Made by a program: the position numbers and the translations under genes. Source: Octopus sinensis (taxonomy: Eukaryota). From it: a stretch of DNA of 10,328 bases. Each line of letters begins with the position of its first letter. The stretch's first letter is position 1. The stretch is from positions 1 through 10,328 of the forward strand of contig NW_021827486.1 of the NCBI RefSeq assembly GCF_006345805.1. The letters run 5' to 3'. Under the pieces are notes generated by a model. It did no database searches, had not been told where the DNA came from, and saw only the letters and a program-made list of their open reading frames with translations. Shown piece by piece: positions 1-7,745 of this stretch.

Positions 1-314
1 CATGACTCAACCTAATGCAAATTAACTACACTAATTTAAACATTTTATGATGTTTAACATTTCTAAGAAACAGTAAAAATTTCAGTTCATTGGCGGGATA
101 TGTCTTTTTGTTTTTTTTTATATATTTCTTTAATGTTTCAGCAACCGAGTTAGTAGAGACAAAAATTTCTTACATACAATTAAAAATTACCTTGTAAAAC
201 GGAAGTCAATACCCATTTGAAAAATACGGTGTATCATTTACCACGCTGCTGTGAAATACAATATTGTTTCGAAATTGTAAACTTCTGCAATCATTCTGAG
301 ATATACTTAATATC

Positions 315-549
315 TATTTCTTTACTACGCACAAGGGGCTAAACACAGAGGGGACAAACAAGGACAGACAAACGGATCAAGTCGATTATATCGACCCCAG
401 TGCGTAACTGGCACTTATTTAATCGACCCCGAAAGGATGAAAGGTAAAGTCGACCTCGGCGGAATTTGAACTCAGAACGTAACGGCAGACGAAATACTAC
501 TAAACATTTCGCCCGGCGTGCTAACGATTCTGCCAGCTCGCCGCCTTAA
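315..549 (-). mobile_element. Full-length tRNA-derived SINE (family A) with a 17-bp target-site duplication
   Basis: The minus strand begins GGCGGCGAGC at 545, with A-box-like TGGCAGAATCGTTAG (535-521) and B-box GAGTTCAAATTCC (473-461), and ends ...GTAGTAAAGAAATA. A perfect direct repeat GAGATATACTTAATATC flanks it at 298-314 and 550-566. By manual alignment it is about 91% identical (about 20 differences in about 232 nt) to 7357-7586. Confidence 0.93.
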
Positions 550-1031
550 GAGATATACTTAATATCGTCGACACAACTACGTCACAGTTCATCTAGAGTC
601 TTAAGAAGAAAATAAGGACTGAAAAAATCATCCTTGGACCCATTATATACACAGTTTCTGTATGCACATCAGGATCTTCTGAAATAAGTAATACAAACTT
701 ATATAACGAACTGCATGTAAATAAAAAAAAAATTCGAATTATGAAGTTTATTAAACTATTTGTCATATCGCATTTAATGATAAACCGATTAAACTGCCTT
801 TCAGATATGAGATGAAATTCAATACAATTAGAACATGTATGTATGGAATTTTAACACATTTTAAGGATAATGGAACATTTCATAAATCTTACGATACTGT
901 ATCAAGTATATAATAGACAAATTCTACATAAAGTGTTGAAATATTTAACGAGGTTACTTTCCCTTTGCAGACAATTTCGTTGGCAAACAACGCCCGTAGA
1001 AATCATATACAAATGCACTTCAAATGCTATT

Positions 1032-1240
1032 ATTTTATTCTTTTATTTGTTTCAGTCATCTTGACTGCGGCCATGCTGGAGTACCGCCTTTAGCCGAACA
1101 AATCGACCCCAGGACTTATTCGTTGTAAGCCTAGTACTTATTCTAGCGGTCTCTTTTGCCGAACCACTAAAAATTACGGGACGTAAACACGCGAACATCG
1201 GTTGTCAAGCGATGGTGGGGGAGCAAACACAGACTAACAG
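1032..1240 (-). mobile_element. 3' half of a second SINE family (family B, internal-microsatellite type)
   Basis: A GC-richer island (TTTCAGTCAT..GACTGCGGCCATGCTGG..ATCGACCCCAG..TTTTGCCGAACC..GGTTGTCAAGCGATGGTGGGG) runs into (CA)n, with an A-rich tail on the minus strand (ATAAAAGAATAAAAT). It aligns by eye in inverted orientation with 6660-6862. The family assignment is from recall of an abundant octopus repeat. Confidence 0.75.
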
Positions 1241-1259
1241 ACACATACACACACACACA

Positions 1260-1300
<41 letters not shown>

Positions 1301-1322
1301 GTGTGTTTGTGTGTGTGTGTGT
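1241..1322. repeat. (CA)n directly followed by (TG)n; inverted dinucleotide microsatellite
   Basis: CA repeats at about 1241-1297, switching at CACATGTG to TG repeats at 1298-1322. Confidence 0.95.
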
Positions 1323-1433
1323 GCGTGCGCGCGTCTTTGCTAGTATATACGCAGTGAAGCTATACAATAGCGCCGTATTTATTACGATTGCTATTTTCCA
1401 GTAATATTGGTGCCTTGTACCATTTATCTACTT

Positions 1434-1510
<77 letters not shown>

Positions 1511-1571
1511 CATACATCATACATACATACATACATACCTACAATACATACATACATACATACATACATAC
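1434..1571. repeat. Compound microsatellite (TA)n + (TACA)n
   Basis: Near-perfect (TA)n at 1434-1505, then TACA units to about 1571. Confidence 0.95.
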
Positions 1572-1895
1572 GACGATGGTGGTGGTGGTGTGATGGTGTC
1601 TCACTCCGTTTCTTCTTCTTCGTCTTTCAAATCCTTATCTTCATAATCTTTTGAAACCCCTAGAATGTGTTCTGCAAATACATAAATTGTCCATTGCTAC
1701 ATCTAAAGATATGTTCTTTTAGTTATTTTCTTTGTTTTCTTCTGTTTTTTTTTTTCTTTCAAATTCGCAATAAGAAACATTCATAAAAACACAAAATACC
1801 AATTCCGTATTTTTCAACATCCTTCTTTATTTGATTTGTTACTCTAATTTCATTATTGGATACTTTGTAATCACTGTTGTTGTTTATATTTCTAC

Positions 1896-1899
1896 TCTC

Positions 1900-1955
<56 letters not shown>

Positions 1956-2050
1956 GCTCTCTCTCCTCCTTCCTCCTCCCCCCTTCCTCTCTCTCTTTCT
2001 CTTGTCTCTCATTTTTCTCTCTCTCTCCATTTCTCCTCACTCTCTTTCTA
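1896..2050. repeat. (CT)n / polypyrimidine tract
   Basis: Interrupted CT dinucleotide run, almost purine-free on the + strand. Confidence 0.92.
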
Positions 2051-2154
2051 TATCAATCAGTCAACCAATCTATCTATCTTTTTCCACGATCCCTTTTTGA
2101 TCGAAATTCACCCCCCTCTCATATTTCTTCCTTCCAAACAGAAAAGCTCCACTT

Positions 2155-2205
2155 TGTATTTTGTCTCCTCTGTGTTCAGCCCTGTGTGGCCAATAAAGAA
2201 ACATA
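2155..2205 (+). mobile_element. Isolated 3' tail fragment related to SINE family A (or to its partner LINE)
   Basis: TTTTGTCTCCTCTGTGTTCAGCCCTGTGTGGCCAATAAAGAAA resembles the reverse complement of 315-355 (TTTGTCCCCTCTGTGTTTAGCCCCTTGTGCGTAGTAAAGAAA). Confidence 0.7.
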
Positions 2206-2221
2206 TCTATCTATCTATCTG

Positions 2222-2308
<87 letters not shown>

Positions 2309-2400
2309 GTATATATACATATATATATATTTATCTATCTATCCATATATTTATTTATCTATTTATCTATTTATCTACCTATCTATCTCTATATATATAT
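2203..2400. repeat. (TATC)n microsatellite, degenerating distally
   Basis: Near-perfect TATC units at 2203-2308, then mixed TATC/TATT/TA. Confidence 0.95.
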
Positions 2401-2404
2401 TTAT

Positions 2405-2419
2405 ATACACACACATACA

Positions 2420-2451
<32 letters not shown>

Positions 2452-2500
2452 CACACATGCATACATAAATATATATATATATATACTCACACGCACACAC
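2405..2500. repeat. (TACA)n / CA / TA compound microsatellite
   Basis: Direct reading of the tandem units. Confidence 0.9.
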
Positions 2501-2507
2501 ACAGTAC

Positions 2508-2831
2508 TATGTGAGTATGTATACTTTTATGCATGTATGTATGTATGCTTGTATGCATATATGTATGAATGTGTATGCATATATGTATGTATATATATGC
2601 TTATTTGTATGTATGTATGCATGTATGTATGTATGTATGTATGTATGTATGCATGCATGCATGCATGCATGTATGTATGTATGTATGTATGTATGTATGT
2701 ACGTATGCATGTATGTATGTATGTATGTATGTATGTATGTATGTATGTATGTATGTATGTATGTATGAATGCATGTATGTATGTATGTATGTATGTATGT
2801 TTGTATGTATGTATGAATGCATGTATGTATG

Positions 2832-2865
<34 letters not shown>

Positions 2866-2967
2866 TGTATGTATGAATGCATGTATGTATGTATGTATGT
2901 ATGTATGTATGTATGTATGTATGTATGTATGTATGTATGTATGTATGTATGTATGTATGTATGTATG
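2508..2967. repeat. Long (TATG)n tetranucleotide array with TGCA/GAAT variant units
   Basis: About 460 bp of GTAT units. It accounts for all the MYVC/HTYI pseudo-ORFs in this interval. Confidence 0.97.
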
Positions 2968-3384
2968 ACTGTAAGTATGCATATATACTAACTAACATAC
3001 ACACATGAAACAAATCATCCGCACTGAACGCAGACGGTTCAGAGAACTATGGAGAATTAATATGGTATCAGCAGAAAGCAAACCGCCGTACATGGTTTCT
3101 AATTTACTCTCTAAATTGTCAGAATATTAATTGGATTTCGGGCAAAAAGAAAACAAACCGATATAAAAAAAAAACGACAGAAAAACAGCAACAAAACATC
3201 AAAACTAACTTCGACATTTCGTTTCGTCAAAGCCTGTGTTACTATGGCCTATAATTAATTTAACAGATGTTTAGCGTATCTTCTACATATTTATTTCCCT
3301 GTCTTCTAGTAACAAGCCTGACACAATCTGAGTCCTAAATTAAAATAACATTCGCATTGGTTTTTCAAACTTGTGATAGCACGA

Positions 3385-3486
3385 ACGCATACATACATAA
3401 ATAACACAAACATACTTACATTCACACACACACACATACATGTTTTATACATACATACACACACACAACGCACACCCACACACAAC

Positions 3487-3530
<44 letters not shown>

Positions 3531-3601
3531 ATATATACATACATACATACATACATACATGCATGCATATACACGCACATACATTATTGATATATCCTAT
3601 A

Positions 3602-3640
<39 letters not shown>

Positions 3641-3971
3641 ACATATACATACATACATACATATACACGCACTATATTATTGATATATCCAAATAATATA
3701 TATATATATAAGTACACATACATATATGTATATATATAGAGAGAGAGACAGAGAGAGAGTGAGTGAGTACGTATACCAATACATACATATTTTGGTATAC
3801 ATATATATTGTATATCAATACATACATATATAAAATATTGCATATATGCATATGCAGTGGATGTACGTATGTGTACGTATGTATGTGTGTATGCGCCGGT
3901 TTGTATATTTACATGTATGTGAGTAATAATATATTTGTGTATGTACATACACACATACATACACACATACA

Positions 3972-4024
<53 letters not shown>

Positions 4025-4070
4025 GTGAGTATACACACACACATATATATATGTATACATACAAATTTAT
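3385..4070. repeat. Complex low-complexity region (CA, TA, TACA, GA, TATG)
   Basis: Successive microsatellite blocks, including a roughly 94-bp higher-order duplication (see findings). Confidence 0.9.
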
Positions 4071-4109
4071 TTGGACAAGTTTATATACTCAGTGACACGT
4101 ATTGAGAAC

Positions 4110-4175
4110 GCTTTCTCTTCACTCTCTCACTCTCTTTCACTATCCCTTTGTCTCTCTCTCTCTCTCTCTCTCTCC
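4110..4175. repeat. (CT)n microsatellite
   Basis: CT-rich run, pure at about 4151-4173. Confidence 0.88.
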
Positions 4176-4588
4176 CATGAACCTCAAAAGAAATGAAACA
4201 CACACATATTCACACAGACACATATGCATTAGAATGTACAATCAAGAAAAAGAAGTGCTTAATGCTAACAAGTACAATAATATATTATGTTCAATTAAAG
4301 ACTGCACAGTCTCAAAACTTCTGGTATTATGAATACGAGAAGTTTCGAGACTGTTTCAGAAGAGAGATTTACTCATTTCAAAAAAGTACAAACCCCTCTT
4401 ATCCTACAAAGTAGGTTCGTCTGACATCAATGCATTTGTTGTAGCACCTCAGCCACTTATCGTCCTGATAAGAGTGAAGGGGCCTTCACTTGCCATAGCT
4501 TTCGTTGGTTTTTCAATGTCTTCAAACGACTGCTCTTGTGTTCTGCTTTGAATCGGCATACGATTATGTTTGCCTTTTCTACAACTAG

Positions 4589-5197
4589 GAATTTAGCACC
4601 CAGCACAAATTGTTGCAGCCCACAACTTTAGGAGAATTCACTAATAGGAACCTTTTAAACACAAACGATAAAACTAATGTAAATAATAATAATACTACTG
4701 GTGTTAATAATAGCTATACGGATAAGGTAGAATACATTATGAATGTTTCTAGTGAGATAAGAAACACTTGTTTGACTGACAACAGGAATGATAGCAATTG
4801 AGAACCTACAGAAGATAGTGTAAGGAAGATAAATGGGTCTAAATCACACTCATTTGAATTAATGGAACCAAGTAACGAATTTGATAAAACACTGAATTTC
4901 ATCTATAGCGAAACTAATAATACCCATAAAGTAATACATAATAATATAGACGGAGTATTTCATACTTCTGTCAGTAGTAATCATAGAATTAATATTTATA
5001 AGCATTATTGTAATTGTAGGAGCAAATTATGTCCACTTGTTTGTAGATGTACAGTAACAGATGAAGGAACATTGGAGCATGTTCTACTGGTTTTATACAG
5101 AGATTGTATAATCACTTTTCTTTGTTCAAAAATAGAAAAAATGAAATGTACAAGCCTGAGTGTGTTCATCTGGTCTTTAAAAGATAAAGACACCTAA
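4589..5197 (+). pseudogene. Decayed coding segment or unannotated exon: 201 sense codons, one internal TGA, Asn/Ser/Thr-rich with a Cys cluster
   Basis: Track ORFs 4610-4801 and 4862-5197 share a frame. Manual translation is open from 4589 (after TAG 4586-4588) to TAA 5195-5197 except for TGA at 4799-4801. The DNA is not microsatellite. It has 7 N-x-S/T sequons (two overlapping) and the motif HYCNCRSKLCPLVCRC. The protein family was not identified. Confidence 0.45.
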
Positions 5198-5334
5198 ATG
5201 TGATATTAAACGGGCAATTATTAATACCGCTTCACCATAATCTATTGAGAACTCGAAGTATAATCAATGCTTGGAAGAAATATTTCACATCTTCATCTCT
5301 AATTACAAATTATTAAAACACAGGAACAAATTAG

Positions 5335-5765
5335 GGATCTTTTCGGTTTGAACGGCAGTTTTTTCTAGCGGTGTCATATGAAATTGTCACCCATAATTAT
5401 GACCCTAGTATCGATCTATTGCATTTCAATCTATTTTAGGGTTAGGGTTAGTTAGGGTTAGGGTTAGGGGTGGGGGGAAGGGTATCTTTTTTTCTTCAGA
5501 AATGTAAATAAACACCATCTGTTTCTTAAACGAGGGACATATACGGCACAGAATGTTTTTTTTTTACCTCAAATACGTCACTGATTGGTTGGAATTGCAA
5601 TAATTGAAGAAAAAAACAACAAATATCTTACAAACTATAGAATTTTCTCAATAAAGCCAAGCGAAAAAGATGTTTTATAAACACATTCTACCAGTATACG
5701 AAGTTTAAAATATTTTAGTTACCTAGAAATTATGTTAAAAACTGCCGTTCAAACCGAAAAGATCC
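5335..5765. mobile_element. Non-autonomous DNA transposon (MITE), 431 bp, 29-bp perfect TIRs, 8-bp TSD; possibly Merlin-type
   Basis: GGATCTTTTCGGTTTGAACGGCAGTTTTT (5335-5363) is the exact reverse complement of 5737-5765. The direct repeat CAAATTAG flanks it at 5327-5334 and 5766-5773. There is no internal ORF. GG termini with an 8-bp TSD fit Merlin/IS1016-like elements (superfamily is inference). Confidence 0.93.
5436..5482 (+). repeat. Telomere-type (TTAGGG)n cluster plus G-tracts inside the MITE; potential G-quadruplex
   Basis: TTAGGG x2, TTAG, TTAGGG x3, then GTGGGGGGAAGGG. Confidence 0.85.
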
Positions 5766-6659
5766 CAAATTAGCTCTGAAATGCGCACATATATTTAAGT
5801 ATTTTCCAAATAAAAATTTCTAATATAATATCACGTAGAGATAGAAGTGCGCATAAGTTAATCTAATCAAAAATCCTAAATTTACTCTAAGATTAAAATT
5901 TCAACTTACTTTTCTCATTTCAGTCAATACTGCACTTCAAAATGTCCAAAAAACCATAAAACTTTATCGCTATGATCTGAACGCCAAAATTAAAACGATA
6001 TTTATTTCCTATTTATTTATTTATTTATTTCCCCTTTATTTCTTCTTTCTCTTAGTTTCTTCTAAATATGTCTTTTTACCTTATATGGTATCATTTTATC
6101 TTCATTATAAGTGGTCATGGCCTAATTAAGGTTTTTTTACTATTAAATATATAAAATATTACATTCCTTTAAATTTTATAAAGGTCATTCTAAAATTATA
6201 GCCATATCGCTTTTCTAAGTAATCTCTACTATCATATACCATAAAATTTTATGATCCCTCGCCTATAATATATTTTAAGAAGGACATTAAGACACTTACG
6301 CAGTAGAAACACGTGTCGGATTGGAATCTAATGGGAATTTAATGAAAATGATAATGTAATAAACAAACTTCGAACATGTATAATACTCCATTTGTATTTA
6401 TGATGTCTTGATTATACATTCTGTATGCTGTATGAAATCTAATGAAGCGAATTGAAGATTCATCAATCGAGTGCCCTGTAATTGTTTATATGTTCCCTAT
6501 CATTCGATATGGTTAGCTAGATCTGGATTGTATCAGTGCTAATAAGGTACATGCCCGGATTCCAAATCCCGGTTCCATTACGTAATATATATGTGAGAGA
6601 GTGTGTGTGTATTTGTATGTATGTATCTATATATGCTTGTTTATACACATGTATAAGAG

Positions 6660-6862
6660 TGTATGTCTGTGTTTGTATTTTATCACCTTAGTGGGCTTAG
6701 CTTATTTACGTACCAGTAATTTAGCGGTTCAACCTATAGGAGTGGCAGAATAAGAACCAGATGTTACAAAATATAAGAATTGGTGTTATTTGTTCGACCA
6801 AACCTTTGTAGAGTTTCCTAACATGAACGCAATCCAATGACCGAAACAAGTATAAAGTAAAA
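6660..6862 (+). mobile_element. Old, diverged 3' half of SINE family B
   Basis: GTCTGTGTTTGT..TTTACGTACCAGTAATTTAGCGGTTC..AGAATAAGAACCAG..TTTGTTCGAC..CAATCCAATGACCGAAACAAGTATAAAG is colinear with the reverse complement of 1032-1240 and is preceded by a GT-rich stretch. A possible decayed tRNA-like head lies at about 6510-6580 but is uncertain. Confidence 0.65.
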
Positions 6863-6874
6863 TATGTATGTATA

Positions 6875-6923
6875 TAGCTAGCTAGCTAGATAGATAGATA
6901 GATAGTAGATGATAGATAGATAG

Positions 6924-6955
<32 letters not shown>

Positions 6956-7124
6956 GATAGATAGATAGATAGATAGATATAGATAGATAGACACTATACA
7001 TACTACATACATATACATACACACATACATACATACATACATACATACATACATACATACATACTACATAAATACATACATACATACATACATACATACA
7101 TACATACATACATACATAGCTAGC
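6875..7124. repeat. Compound microsatellite (TAGC)n-(GATA)n-(TACA)n
   Basis: TAGC at 6875-6889, GATA to about 6990, TACA to about 7117. Confidence 0.95.
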
Positions 7125-7164
7125 CCCAAAAGTTTTTATTCCCTCTTTGTTTATTTCTGTATTA

Positions 7165-7200
7165 CTTTCTGTTGAAGAGCGTAGGCTCGAAACGTAAAAG
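7165..7200 (+). ncRNA. Minimal type-I hammerhead ribozyme-like motif with variant core; probable Penelope-like element terminal remnant
   Basis: Stem I CTTT (7165-7168)/AAAG (7197-7200); core CTGTTGA plus an extra A (7169-7176); stem II GAGC-gtag-GCTC (7177-7188); GAAA (7189-7192); palindromic ACGT (7192-7195) as stem III; putative GUA cleavage triplet at 7194-7196. Activity is unknown because the A6-equivalent position is U. Confidence 0.55.
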
Positions 7201-7210
7201 ACTTTCACCT

Positions 7211-7356
7211 TCCTCTAGGCACAAAGCCCGAAATTTTGGGGGAGGGGCCAGTCGATTAGATCGACCCCAGTACGCAAGTGGTACTTAATCTATCGATGAA
7301 AGGCAAAGTTGACCTCGGCAGAATTTGAACTCAGAATCTAACAGTCGACGAAATAC
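7211..7356 (-). mobile_element. 5'-truncated SINE family A-related unit with a different 3' tail (right arm of a 1.5-mer)
   Basis: Contains the B-box region (GAATTTGAACTC on +, 7321-7332) and the core ATCGACCCCAGT..GGTACTTA, but stops at GACGAAATAC (7347-7356) before the A box. It has an 11-nt deletion at 7296/7297 with GA microhomology. Confidence 0.85.
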
Positions 7357-7586
7357 CTATTTCTTTACTACCCACAAGGGCTAAACACAGAGAGGACAAA
7401 CAAGGACAGACAAACAGATTAAGTCGATTATATCGACTCCAGTGCGTAACTGGTACTTATTTAATCGACCCCAAAGAATGAAAGGCAAAGTCGACCTCGG
7501 CGGAATTTGAACTCAGAACGTAGCGGTAGACGAAATACTGCTAAGCATTTCGTCCGGTGTGCTAACGTTTCAGCCAGTTCACCGCC
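7357..7586 (-). mobile_element. Full-length SINE family A unit (left arm of the 1.5-mer)
   Basis: About 91% identical to 314-545. B box at 7514-7502 and A-box region at about 7576-7562 on the minus strand. Confidence 0.92.
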
Positions 7587-7695
7587 TGTTTAGTTATGAT
7601 ATACTAAAATTGCAATAATCAAACACAATCATAACATCCTTTCCGAAAAATGTCTCAAAGTATACATACATACGTACGTGCGTGTGTGTGTGTAT

Positions 7696-7744
7696 CCAAG
7701 GTACCACGCAGTGAGACTGAACCCGGAACCATGTAGTTGAGAAG
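7696..7744 (-). mobile_element. Short tRNA-like head fragment of SINE family B
   Basis: The minus strand reads CTTCTCAACTACATGGTTCCGGGTTCAGTCTCACTGCGTGGTACCTTGG, with a B-box-like GGTTCAGTC. The family link is from recall only. Confidence 0.5.
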
Positions 7745-7745
7745 A

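Noticed and set aside
870-1064. 64-aa ORF
   Set aside because: Short, AT-rich, with no motif, and it ends inside a SINE tail.
3005-3130. 41-aa small ORF MKQIIRTERRRFRELWRIN.. and a 6-bp hairpin at 3024-3042
   Set aside because: Length and stem size are within chance expectation, with no homology or splice support.
1167-4095. Numerous long ORFs (for example 1877-2968, 363 aa; 2507-3013; 2569-2991; 3607-4044)
   Set aside because: Their translations (MYVC, HTYI, IYLS, YIYI, LSLS, RERE) are stop-free readings of microsatellites, not proteins.
4102-4600. Semi-open frames upstream of the candidate exon (+ frame 4102-4551 with one stop; + 4193-4414; minus frame RMPIQSRTQEQSFEDIEK..)
   Set aside because: The frames conflict with one another, show no recognisable motif, and partly start in (CT)n/(CA)n. 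I cannot choose a strand, although they may belong to the same decayed gene.
4799-4801. Selenocysteine interpretation of the in-frame TGA
   Set aside because: There is no redox-motif context, and I could not identify a SECIS-like hairpin downstream.
4714-5193. Minus-strand ORFs 4714-4902 and 5005-5193
   Set aside because: They are separated by several in-frame stops and read as the antisense shadow of the + strand frame.
5436-5470. True telomere or chromosome-fusion scar
   Set aside because: Only five units in one orientation, enclosed within MITE TIRs.
6874-7124. ATAGCTAGC at both ends of the GATA/TACA block as a TSD
   Set aside because: The motif is itself part of a (TAGC)n simple repeat, so recurrence is uninformative.
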